Shown here piece by piece: positions 1 to 13,680 of a DNA stretch of 64,000 nucleotides. Within the stretch, counting starts at the first letter, position 1; each line of letters begins with the position of its first letter. The notes under the pieces are model-generated. The model saw nothing but the letters and a program-made list of their open reading frames with translations, made no database searches and was not told the DNA's origin. A program made the position numbers and the translations under genes. The DNA is from Conidiobolus incongruus B7586 (Eukaryota): positions 1-64,000 of the forward strand of contig JNEM01006591.1 of assembly GCA_000697335.1 (NCBI GenBank). Direction: 5' to 3'.

Positions 1-2696
1 AATTTTTATATATAATTAATCAATTAATAATATTTTTTATTTTATATTTTTTAGTTAATTAATGAAATAATATTTATTAATTATTTTATCTAATCATTAT
101 TTATAAAAAACTGTATAATTTAGTTTTATAAATAATTAATAACAAAATATAAAAAATTATTAAATTTTTAATAATTATTATATTGAATTTTATTTAATAA
201 AAGATTAATAATAAAATTTCTTAATCTTTATAAATTTAAAACCTTATAATCAATTTAGATATCTTAATATTTTGTTTAAGTTTTAAATGAATTAAAAATT
301 AAAAAATTATAAATAATTTAAAACTATATTTGAAAATATTTAATAATCAAATTCTTATTATAATAACTTAAATAAAATTCAATTATTTGTTACTATGTAA
401 GTTATAAGTGTAATAACTATGATTATATTAAATTATGAAAAATTAAATTATTGTTAAAAGAGTAATATATTATAATTACAAATTTAATAATAATCTTATA
501 TTTATGGTCAAATTAATTAACTATTGTGTTAATACTGAAATGATTTTTCAAAGTAGATTAATTCAATTGATTCTATATTCTCAACTTTCAAAAATTTAAA
601 TTATAAAAATTAATAAATTATATTTTTGGAAAGAAAAATCATTAATTCCGACTCTAAAACTATTTTTAATATCTAATAAATCATCATACTATATCCCATA
701 TATGTATTACATTCCGAATGATATCATTCCGATATACTCGAAATAGTTGATCTATATAATATAAAAAGTCCAGAATTCTATTGTATCCAAATTATCGGAT
801 ATAAATCAAGTGTAACTTCATCAAATTAGTTTCGGAGGATAATAATTAATATAGCATTTTAAAATTATTTCATAATAATGCTATGAATTTGTGTGACTTT
901 GGAAGAGAATATGCTGATATAATTAAATCTGATAATTAATTGTAATTTTTTATTATTTAAAATAATAATTAATATAATATTTAAAATTCATTGATGAGTA
1001 ATATTTTGCTTTATATACTTCATAGACTTGAAATGAAACCCAGATGTAGTAGATAAATTTTGAGATGATAAATTTATTTTCTAATATTTAAATTGTTTAA
1101 TATTAATATAAATTTTAATGATATTCTGAATATAAATAGAGAGATTAAGTTTATATTAAATTAAAAATTTACAATAATTTAGATTATTGAAAGTTTAATG
1201 TGAGATCCATCAGTTAACATTTTGGACTTCATAATTCATTTAATTAAGTATAAGATTTATTCCTTATAATAAAAATAATTCTATCGGATCTTTTAGACTT
1301 AACAAACACTGATTTAGCACCACATCACAAACTCACAGAGTTTTTTCCATCAATTATAAATTGAGTTGCGAGTGATATCATTACAAGGAAACAAACAATT
1401 TATTAATCACAAATAAATAACTGTCCAGGATATTATCAAATCTAGTTACTCTAACTGAGCCAAGTGGAACATTTTCAAATTTTCTTCGGAGTAATTTTTT
1501 CAATACAAAATTGAAATTGGATCAATTAGATAATATCTCAACAAAAAATGATAGATGTTTTCGTATTAGATTCTCTTGATATATAATCGTATCAATGTTT
1601 ATAGCTATTATTTAATTTTTGCATATATATCAAAGGTAATGGTAAAGGAAATTCAATTTTATCAAATACTGGTATGGTATTTATTATTATATATATTATT
1701 AGTTTTCTGATTACAGATAAAAAATTCCACTTAGCAAAGATTTTATTAACCAAACTGATAATATTGATACTCTAATATTTTGATACTTATTATCGAAATA
1801 GCTTTTATTTACGAATTTATATATTAAAGTAAATAATAGAATATTTCTCAGTATATGTAAGAATTAAACTTAATACAAATAATATTCATATGATAAAATA
1901 AAATAATCAAGCCTATTTGGGATTTTAATACCAATTTTAAGTAAGAGCTAGTTTGATATATATTAGACTAGAAATGATTAGATAACTTGAATATAATATA
2001 TAAGAATATAATAATATAACAATATATTTAATTTCAAATCAATATCCTATATTTATACCTTGATTCTTAATTGATTCAAAATAATTCAATTGTTGAAGGT
2101 TTAAATATTCAAATACGAACAATATAATCAATTTGAAAGTATATTTATATATTGATAAATGAACCTAACTAGAATTTTTTAATAAATATGTATAGTTGAG
2201 TCTAATATATTTAAAAGTAATCTCAATATAATTGCAAATAAACATGAATTAGTCAAGCATTTAAATTGAAATAAAAAAAATAAACTGTATATGATATATT
2301 GAAATTAATAATTAAATAGTAGAAGTTATAAAAAAATTAATAATAATTAAATTATAGAGATTAATGCTATAATTTAAAAAATAAGTAATTGACTTCATAA
2401 ACAATAAAAATTTGATAAATAGTAATTGAGTAAATTATTCAAAATGAATACTATTATAGATTTGAAATTTTCGGTGGTATAAAAGATTAATTAAAGTTCG
2501 AGTATAGTGAATAAATTCGAAATAAATCATTTATAAATAAATACCAGTAAAATAATCTTGTAGAACATGTAAGTAATTGACCAAATTACTTCCGTTTCAT
2601 ATGAAGATATCGCTATGATTAATTGAAAAAGTCTCTATTTTTCGGAAGATAATCATTGTGTTTTGTATCAAGATTCCAACACAATTAATACTGCTG

Positions 2697-3697
2697 TGAG
2701 ATCCCAAAGTGCTACGCTTGACACCATTTCTAACCTCGGGTTTCTATTCTATAAGAAGGCTTAATTGACCATTGCTTACGACACAAGTTGTAATATTAAT
2801 TAGTCTTAATGACTAAATCCAATGGCTTATTCCAAACATCACTTTAGCCAATAAACCCTCAAATACATTTGTCTACTATTAAGTAACAACAATACCTATT
2901 GCCCCTTATTTTACAATATTCATAATACCCATAGAGAAGCTACATTATAATAAAATTTAAAAATGGATAATAATACAAAGTTTGTTCATTTTAAATAAAT
3001 GAATTTTTTAATAGAAAACTTGCATTAATTATTTATTCAAATTATTTTAATAGTATATTAAATTTGAAAAATTAGAAAAACTATTTTTATTATTCATTAT
3101 ATATTTTTTCTTAAGTATTAAATTTTTTTGATAAATCTTGAATTCAGCTATAAATTTGATTAAATTATTAAGAATTTAAAATAGTTGATAAAACTTTTTA
3201 TATAGTTCTATTAATATAAATTATGAATTTAATAATTCAATTTTATTATCATTGGGTATAAATATTGCTAGATTTTTCTTTTAAATCATTAGCTCAATTG
3301 ATGCTAATAAATCCTTAACGTGTTTAATATATGAAATGAAAATCACTATCCCTTTAGGAATATCTCTAATAGCATATTCAATATAATATCCTCAGATAAT
3401 TTTAGTGAAATAGAAATTAAATTTTACAGACAATTTTAGTGAATCGTAGTGTAGTTTCTTTACGAGTATTATGAATATTGTAATGCAAGGGGCAATAGGT
3501 ATTGTTGTTACTTAATAGTAGGCAAATGTATTTGAGGGTTTATTGGCTAAAGTGATGTTTGGAATAAGCCATTGGATTTAATCATTAAGACCAATTAATA
3601 TTACAACTTGTGTTGCAAGCAATGGTCAATTAAGCCTTCTTATAGAATAGAAACCTGAGGTTAGAAATGGTGTCAAGTGTATCACTTTGGGATCTCA
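2697..3697. repeat. Inverted repeat pair: 211-bp arms (2697-2907 and 3487-3697) separated by a ~580-bp spacer
   Basis: Manual alignment of 2697-2907 against the reverse complement of 3487-3697 gives 8 mismatches and no gaps. Confidence 0.95.
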
Positions 3698-3781
3698 AAC
3701 CAAGTTTAATTATATTTTAAAAATTCTCAATAGTTTGAAAAAAAATTATTATTAACAAAACTTGATATGATATATTTATAA

Positions 3782-5084
3782 TATTACCTTAAATTTAAAG
3801 TAATGGGAAATTTTTTAATTTCTAATTTTTCAAATATATTATTAGTTTGAAATAAATAAATATATACAAAGTTAATAGGAAACTATATATTTTTAATATA
3901 TATATATAATAATTTTTTTGATTAAAAAATTAACTTTTCAAAATTGGTTGTTTAATTTAATTATGTTTAAACCAAATAATAATCATCAAAAGTTTTTTAT
4001 TTTAGTATTAATAAAACTTAACTATAAATCCTTTAAAATTATTTAAAATTTACAAGCAACTTTTAATAATAAAGTATTATTTAAATTAATAATTTATTGC
4101 TAGGTAAATTATTTTAAAGCTAAAAAAGAAATTATCTAAAACTTATTAAAATTTAAAAAACTAACTTTAATTATTACTTTTTTAATTGTTAATAGAGTAA
4201 AAAAATATATTAAAAAACACCTTTTTATTTTAATAAAGGAATTATCTAACTACTTTAATATTAGTTTTATAAGTATTTTATATATATTAAAGTTTAAACT
4301 TAAATTAATAAATAAAAATATAAAATAAATACCTTATAATTTAACTAAATTTAAAAAAAATTAGAGTAATTATTATTAAACAAAACTTACTCAAATATTA
4401 TTAGAAGTTTAAACTTTTATAATAAATAATTACAATTGATGAATTTTAAATCTATGTATAATTTTTAACTAAAACACAAATCAAAATGTTAAATTAAGTT
4501 AAATTAACTTTTTCTATAAATCCTTTTAAATAAACATTTTGTTAATAAGTAAATGTTAATTATTATAATAAATTATAATAGTATATGCTATTTTTATTTA
4601 ATTTTTAAAGGAAAATCAATTAATAGTAAACTTTATATTGTTTTTTTAAATAAAAATATTTTTAATTGGTGGTTTCAATATAATTTAAGAAAACATTATT
4701 TTATATAATAATTATAAAATATATAAATCTAAAGTTGTAAAAAACTTTATAATTAAAAATAACTGGAAAAAACTACTACATCTAGTATACTCTTTAAATT
4801 ATAACTTATATAATTATAATTGCTTTAAGCAATTAAAAAACTAGCTTACAAAAAAAAATTTCTACAGGAAAATTTAATTGGTTTATAAAACATTAAATTT
4901 TAGTCTTTAATAAAAAAATTATTTTTTAGGTGTTAGATCCTTGTTAAAAATATAGTAAAAAGTTATTAATAATAAAAGAAACTATTAAATTTATATTATA
5001 TATTTATTTTTATATATCATATATTAAAATATTTATTTATTTTTAATTGCAAAAAATTCCTATTATTGAAAATACAGAGTAATA
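3782..5084 (+). mobile_element. Degenerate mariner-family (DD34D) DNA transposon with pseudogenised transposase
   Basis: Relic motifs on +: K*IPYNLT (~4323-4346, cf. WVPHEL), IITIDEF*IY (~4426-4455), KGKSINSKLY (~4607-4636), IILYNN (cf. LHDN, ~4695-4712) and HLVYSLNYNLYNY (4779-4817, cf. HPPYSPDLAPSDY). 34 residues lie between the inferred 2nd and 3rd Asp. Degenerate TIRs at 3782-3816 and 5051-5084 start TATTAC. Length ~1.3 kb. Confidence 0.85.
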
Positions 5085-8000
5085 AATATAAATCAAAATA
5101 AAATAATTATTTATATATTTGTATTTAATTTTTTATAATATTTTGTATAATTGTTGACTAATGTATTATTATCATATTATTTGTTTATATTTTAAATTTT
5201 GTTATAGTATAAATGAATTTGTATACATCATTTAAATTTGATTATTCTTTTTGTCCCTAATAATTATTATTCCATTGGAATTTTTTTATTAATTATAATA
5301 TATATTTGAATAAAAAATTATTGATTTAATTTGATTTAAACTTTTAATATATATTTGAAATTTTCATAATAGTTTACTAATTCATATTTATACTTAATTA
5401 AAATAAAACATAATGAATTTTAATAATAATAGTTTCATTATTTTCATTTATAATTGTTACAAAATTACTGTATTATTATAAATAATAACAATCGATATAA
5501 ATATTATTAATTATAGTTAATTTGTTTAATTATTACATATTTTATTTTAAATAAATTATTAATTAATTATTTAATATCCGAGGCACTTAAATTTTATTGG
5601 TAGTAATAATCAAATATAATTGTATATATTTAATAACTGATAATTTTCATTTCAAAGAAAAAATTAAGCCAAATCACTCTGTTTTATACATATCAATTAT
5701 AATTCTGACAATCATTCAAAAGTTAGCTTATTTTCAATAGATTCGAATATTTAAAAAGGAATTAATATAATAATTAGTTAATGCAAAATAAAGTTTTTCA
5801 AAAAAATTTTTTTTGTAAAAATATTAATCAAGTTAACAAGTAACTAATGACCAAAATTTATTAATATTATAAGGTATCATATGATTAGTAAAAATTTGAT
5901 AAAAACTGACGAATACAAAATTAAGAAATTTGAGCTTTTGGAAAGTTTATGGAATATATGCATTTTACCAAGCTATTGATATTGAATAAAATAATATTTT
6001 TTTTATCTTTTACGAAGATTATCTTTCAAAATATTCAGAACATATTATTTAGAGTTTATCGGTACTTATAAAGCTTGAAATAAAAACACATTGTTGAAAA
6101 GCTTAAATTATAATATTTAATAAAATATATTAGTACATTGAAATATTTATCATTAATATTATATTTAAATTTATGGCAATATATTCAAGGTAATCCTATT
6201 AAATTTTTTCATAAAAATCAAATTATAACAAATATATATATATATATATATAATTTATTTTATCCAAACCATTAGTTTTTAATAGCTTAAATTATAGAGA
6301 GATTAAATAATTTAGATTAACTTTATATAGCTAAATAATAAAATAATACAATAATAATAATAATATAAAATATCCAAGAATTTTTTACAATAAATAACAC
6401 AAACCACTAGAAAAAACAATTAATAATTTCATTTTAATAAATTATAATAAAGTTAAAATAAAATTAAAATAATGAATTTTTATTTAATTGAACTATATGA
6501 TTAAATTTTATATTAGTATTTATTAAAATTGATAAGCAAAATATATTAAATCAATATATAAATTTTTGTTATTGATTTTATTAATTCCACCACACAATAT
6601 TTTCCCTCCTTTTAAATAATTATTGATTATTGGTTATTTTTATCTTCATTATATGTTGGACTACTGCTATATATCTAATCTATTCAATACAAGTAATTTA
6701 AATTTATTGAGGTTTTCACAATTAAAAAAATATAAATTTATTAAAATATAAAAATTACATTAAAAATATTTAAATTTCAATTTATTTATTTTTATTTTTA
6801 AAATATTTTATCAATATATATTAAACTATACCATACTTATACTTAGATAAATTTAAAATATATATGATACTTCAATACTAAGAATATTCAATTAAAATAA
6901 CTATATTATTTCAATATAGTTACAAAATTACTGTATAAATTAAAATATATATAAAATTTTTGGTTATTAATCGATATTAATAATTTTATAAATAATACCT
7001 TCTATTTTATCAAATTATGTTATAAACATACTATATAGTATCTTTCTTGGATTATTAAAGAAAAGTAGCTATAATATTATTTAATCCATTTAATTTTTTT
7101 ATTTTAATAATAAGTAATCTATAAATGATAAAATTATTTGTAAATATATAAATTATGTGAAAATTTCTAAATGCTTTTCCAAATATAAAAAATAGTTATT
7201 AATAATATAACACTATTTATCTAATAACCTTTAAAAAATAATATTTATGTTTGATTTATAAAAACGATAAAATATAAATATAATAAATATACTGGTATTG
7301 ATGGATAGTTTTGATATTTAATATAATATATTCGATATAGTTTAATCAGTAATTGCTATATAATATTTAGCTATATATATTTGATAATAGATAATTTGGA
7401 TATTCAAATTATTTGAAATAATAAAAAGACTATTGTAGTATTTTATATAATTTTATTAATTATTATTATTATTCTAAGTGATATATGAAAATCAATTTGT
7501 TGGGGAGTAAAATTCATCAAATAATATTAAAAAGATTAAATTGAATATAATTTTTGTAAAATATAAATATAAAAAATATAATTATGATGGTGATAATATA
7601 TATACAATATAAAACTCGATTTATATTTTACAACTTATTTTTTTAGCATTACCTAATACAAATAACTTTATCTAGACTAATATATAGTATGTTCTATCAA
7701 TATTATTTACAATAATTTATTAATTATTAATAATATTTTCAAAGCAATAATATGTTTCATATTCCTTATTTGATAACTTATAACGCAAATTTCAGATTCT
7801 TATGATATTATAATAAATGATTATAATATTCATAGTTAATTTAATATTATCTAACTATTATGTTAAATCTGATAAATGATTTGAAAGCTCAAAAATATAT
7901 AAATATTAGAATATTTTTTATAGTTTCTTTATAAAACCTGATATAATAAGACTTTTTTAACTTTGCCAAAATTGAGAAATAATAATTGTCAAATCTTGGA

Positions 8001-10066
8001 TCTTTTAAAAAATACTATAAAAATCATTTGTTAGATCCAACATATAATACTAATAACGAAATTTTTTAAAATTTAAAATTTAAAAATAGTTTAATTCACT
8101 CGAAACTTAAAGATCTAATATTTAAGATATACTCTGTTTAGCTCTAACTAAATATATTACTTATTTACAAAACACAAATAAAAAATATTTTGAATATTAC
8201 CTATCTGACTTGGCCAAATTACTAGCAAAGTCTTGATGTTTTAATATCGTCCTTGTTGAAATTTTATAATAAAATTAATCAAAAATTACAATTATATGTT
8301 ATATATATTAACTAATAATCAAATTGCTAATAAAAATATAGTCCATATAAATCTACAATGTATAGTACTCGTCTTACTATGTTTAAAAACCTATTGAAAT
8401 AAATAAATCACGAATTGAAGTATATAATATATTAGCAAGTAACAAAAAGAGTGCTTGAGTTAAAAAATCAAATCAACTTCCATAAATGCCAAAATAAAAT
8501 TTATTCGAAAAAAATACTGTTATAGAGTAAAGAAAAATATTATAGTGTTCTAGCAACTATTGCAATTAAAAATAAAATGTCATAATAAATTTGTAATTTT
8601 GAGCAACTAATGTTACTAATTTGTGCAACCAAACTTTAATTACACTTTATTTTAAATTCTAGTTATAATCGTAGGTTAGTTGAGATAAGCGAATGACAAA
8701 TTTATTGATGTAAATAAATATGAATGATGTCTCTTCTTTAGTTTATATCAGTCTATTATATACCTAAGCTATGGTAGGTTTTATCGTTACTCTAGTCATA
8801 TAGGATGTTGAGTGTGATATAATTGGAAAATTACGCGTGGATAAAGACAACGGTATGGTTATAAAGTTTAATTAATGGTTTAATAGAGAGGATAGCCGAT
8901 AACCATGATAGCAATATATATATATAACTTAAATTATTATAACTCTTTTTATTAAGAAAGACTGGTGTTAATTGCCCTATCCCCAATCACACAAAATAAA
9001 ACTCTTGTGCACTTTTCGTTTTAGTAGGTTAACTAAATTAATTCAAAGGAAAATTTAGTTACATATCAATTTTATATTATGAGATTGATGATATAATTTT
9101 CAAAGTAAAATGTAATAAGCCATATAAAAGTGATTAGTAATTACCAATAGTATATAATTACATTTTTGGAAAAAAGAAATTATCTTTGATTACACAAATA
9201 TTATTTTTTTTATTTGGACCGGTTATACTATATCTAAAATCAAAAATAAACAATATTTGATTTTTTTATATCAAAAAATTATAAAAAATAATACTTTATA
9301 TTAGTTCTATTTTATAATATATTTTGAGTTTTTATAGATTTTTATTATTAAAAACCTAATTATAATATATTGATTTCAAATTTTATAATTTTTATTAATA
9401 TGAAATATATGAAAAATAATTCAAATTAATCCAATCTATTATTATTTTTATAATAATTAAAACTATTGAATTATTATATCTTAATGATTAATTATAATAA
9501 AATCTTTTATGATCTATTTTTGAAATTATGATAACTATAATGAAATTTATAAAATATTGGAAATAGTTATTAATATTATATTAATTTCAAATCTTTTATT
9601 AAAAATAATATAATAAATAATATTTATAGATATAAGATATATTATATACTATGAATATATTTTATATAGCAAAATAAAGAATTCCAATAGAATAAATTTA
9701 ATTAATAAACTTTTAAAATTAGAAAATATAAATCAGTTATATATATTAAATATTAATATACCTATCTTGTCCTTTATAAAGTTATTTATATTAGCTAAAA
9801 ATTTTCAAATATAATTTTGAAATTAGTTTTAATTAAAAAAATCAATTTTATTAGTTTATATTTTATTAAATTATATATAAATAATTTTAATTAATTTATC
9901 AATATATTATATTAATATTTTACCAATATTAATTTAAGTTTTGAAAATTCTTTTATTATTCAGTTTAAATATATTATTCATAATATCTTTATATATTGAG
10001 TTCTATATTAAACTAATTATTTGATTTTTTTAAATATAATAAAATTATTTTTAAATAATATTTATA

Positions 10067-11634
10067 TACTAACTTGCAAAAATGAGTTATAAAATCAAAA
10101 ACACTTATATTTTTACTAATAACTTGATTAATATTTAATGAAATAAACCTAAATTAAATAATTAAAATCTATTATATTTATTAATTATATATATCATTAA
10201 ATGATGATATTTAGTTATTAATTAGTTAAAATATAAACCCTTAAATTTTACTTAGGGTAAGTTATTAATTTGTAGGTTTTTGGTGATAAAGAAATTAAAA
10301 CCTAGTGTATCTACCTTTAGCTTTTCTAACTTCTTTAAGTTTGTGGGATATAAAATCAACTAACTTTTTACACTAAAAAAGGTTAATTTTATTCTATGCT
10401 TCTTAAACATATTTTTAAAGTTGATTTAAATTTTTTACTAAGGGGAAAACTTTAATAACTTTTTTTAACTAATTCTAAATATGTTTAATTAGATTAAGGT
10501 TAAAAATTAAAGAGGCTACTTTATAACTGTTATCTTGTTATTTTTAAGTTATTTGGTAGTAGAAGTTATAATATAACAAGAAATATTATCTTACTAGAAA
10601 ATAACATTAGATTTGTTTAACCTATATTATTAAGTAGTTTTTTTCAATTTATTGTTTAGAATACTTTAATACATTTTAACATTAATTCCCCTATTAACTT
10701 TATAAAAATACCTTATATTTAAAGACAACATACATCCCCAGACAATAATTAACTTATTATTATACTTTTAGGTAAAATTAACATAATAGTCACAAAGTAG
10801 TTTTATATCTTTTTTGAAGCATTTAGTTTTTTTATTAGATTTACTAAAGTATATTTTTGTTTTATTAAACTAAATAACCTTACTCTAATTAATTTTAGTT
10901 TAACATTAATAGTGAGATTTAAACTCTTACTTAACTTTATAATAGGATTTCTTTAATTAAAGGTGTTTTTTTTAAAGTATAAGTGGTATCTATATTAATG
11001 TAAAGTATATATAATAATATTAATATTAACTAATATTTTTGTATAGTTTTATAATTCCTATTGTATTTCTACAATAGTACTACACTTACTTATATTAACT
11101 AACCTATAAATATATTTCTTATTATATTTATTTATAATTTTAACACACTTAAGTTTAAGGTTAAATATTTCTTTATTGTTATTCTTAATAGCTTTAACTA
11201 TAATAGACTAGCTAATACTAGTAATTCTAATAATATTATAAGTTGCTTTATCTTTTTTATAAAGTTAATTGATATATATGTAGATTTTTTTAGAGAGGGA
11301 TTTAGGTATAATAATACTAATAAAAAAATTTAATATATTTGTAAAATATTATATAAAATAATAACAAAGAGAGAAAAAAGATATGGTTATATATTGTTAA
11401 ATATATCCTCTTATCTTAAAAACTCACAAATTTATAACTCACTTTAGTTAAATATTAAAGGTTAATATTTTTGCTAATAGTTTACTAAATATATTTAAAT
11501 ATATTTATTTATTATTAAATAATATACCTTAATTATATATTATAGTTTCAAGTAATCTAATATATACAATTGTTTTAATTATTAATTAAAATATATATAT
11601 TTTTGATTTTATAACTCACTTTTACAAGTTAGTG
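10067..11634 (-). mobile_element. Degenerate Tc1-family (DD34E) DNA transposon, IR/DR type, TA-flanked
   Basis: Minus-strand relic motifs: *SKVI*FNKTK (cf. WSKVIWSDETK, ~10855-10887), KYNNKLIIVWGCM (cf. KHGGGSIMVWGC; VWGC at 10732-10743), F**DNISCY (cf. FQQDNASCH; F**DN at 10585-10599) and *PL*F/NLNLIKHI* (cf. WPPQSPDLNPIEHIW, ~10476-10518, 1-nt frameshift). TIRs TA|tactaacttgcaaaaatgagttataaaatcaaaa and TA|cactaacttgtaaaagtgagttataaaatcaaaa. Length ~1.57 kb. Confidence 0.9.
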
Positions 11635-13680
11635 TATAAGTTAAATCATTATTATATAAAAATTTAAATAATTTCAAATATAAAATCTAATATATAATAA
11701 TATTTATTGTTATCCCAATTTTTATAATTTATTTTGTAGTTTTATTAATTATTATATAATTAATAATAGTTGATTTTCTTTATAATTTTTGATAAATAAT
11801 TTATATTTTAATTTATAATTGAAAATATAAAATTTTCTAAAAAAATTACATAATGATTATATTAATATTATATTTAATATTATTTCTTCATTTTAAAATA
11901 ACTATTGATTTTATTTGTCTATTATTATTTATTTATAAGTATATTCAAATTTAGTATTGGTTCAAGATATATTAATAAATAAAATAATTATATGACTAAA
12001 AATATATAAAATTTAAATTAATAAATTATTTATTAATAATATCATAAAAAATAATATTGATATATAGATAATTAATTATATAAGTTATAATTTAAATAAG
12101 TAAATTGTTTAATTATATATATGATTTTGACATTTATAGTTAATTAAATATGATTTAAAAATCAAAATTTGGAATTAATAATAGTTATTAAATCATATAT
12201 TTAGTGTATTATCCTAGTGCTGGAAACTAGGATAATTGTATTGAATTAAGTTGGATTATTGGTAAGTGATAGGATTAGAATATAGTTATAGTGTTTTATT
12301 GGAAATCTTTGATAGAGATTTAGTATTATAGCTAGGTAATTGGGTAGGTTGATGAATGAATAGACAGATAGATAGGTAGGTAAATAGATCTCTGTTGTAT
12401 TTCCTCCTCCCTATACTGGGATGAGGATGGATCAATTTAAGGGAAAGTAGGATAAGAGGTAGATTATGGGTAAACTGACATAAAAGGTAAATATATATGG
12501 ATTAATTGGATAGATATGTGACATTTAGTTATTTGTTTATTTTCAAAAATAGATTGAATTAAAGCTTTGAAATTATAATACATAATAAAAACTTTTTTAG
12601 AAATTATTGTATTAAAGTATTTCTTATTACTTTACACAGTTGTTGTTTATATACTACGGTTTAATACCTTCTATTTAACAATATTAAGTGAAAATATTAC
12701 TCGAAAAACCGTAATGTGACGATAATGAAGTTTGTGTGTTTATCTATCAAGACATTAGAATCAATGAATCAATATTATCATTATTTTAAAACAAGATACC
12801 TCCAATAATATTTATTATATTGTGACTTTTGAAAATATAATTGCATTGCATCCAATTCGAAGTAGATTGGGTAGTTTGATTAATTCAAAGGCTTAGATTT
12901 GAAATTTTGATAATGAAGAGTAAATTATTTTCTTGCATGGATATTGTATAGTTTATTGAAAAAAGTTTATAAACCTGGTATATAGCTATGAATTGTTTTT
13001 GAACATCAAAATCATATTATCAAAAATTGAAATTCAAATGATTCAATGTCTTGATTTATAATATATATTAATTTTATAATAGGAATTTCTTTTATTAATA
13101 GTGGAGCATATTCTATTAGTGTTTAGGAATATATATTGAATCAAGTCATTTCAATTCATTACTGAACTCATCTTTTACAATAGTATATTTTAACTATTTC
13201 CGTGTCGGATATGGAACATCCTTGAAATATCATAAAACTAATTTATTTATTAAGTAAAAAAAGATATAGATTCTTAATGTGATAAAATACCCTCAATGAG
13301 CATATTAGAAATTTATTTTGTTTAATCTTGTTTTACATATAAATTAATAAAATTAACGCAATAATTACCAATATATATTATATATATAGATATTAGTAAA
13401 TGAATATAGTTTGATATATAAACCGTTATTATTAAATATACTGATTGATACATATGATACTAGAACTTAATTTTCAAAGCTTAAAGATATATAATTTGTC
13501 TTCTAAGAATTTGCAAAAGAATTTATTTATATCAGTTAGTAATTTTAAATCAACTTGAATCACAATTTTGCAAAAAATATAAAATATCCCATAATCTGAC
13601 AAAACTATCACATTAATAAATTAAACAGTTCAATATGACCATCAGGGTCAATAAATTACTAAAATCGAATCAATTTAAGG

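Noticed and set aside
600..2000. Possible F-box/LRR pseudogene fragments in the AT-rich left end
   Set aside because: Only vague peptide resemblance. No diagnostic motif or consistent frame could be established by eye.
9200..12190. Possible larger inverted repeat flanking the Tc1 element
   Set aside because: Matches outside the TIRs are weak and explained by extreme AT content.
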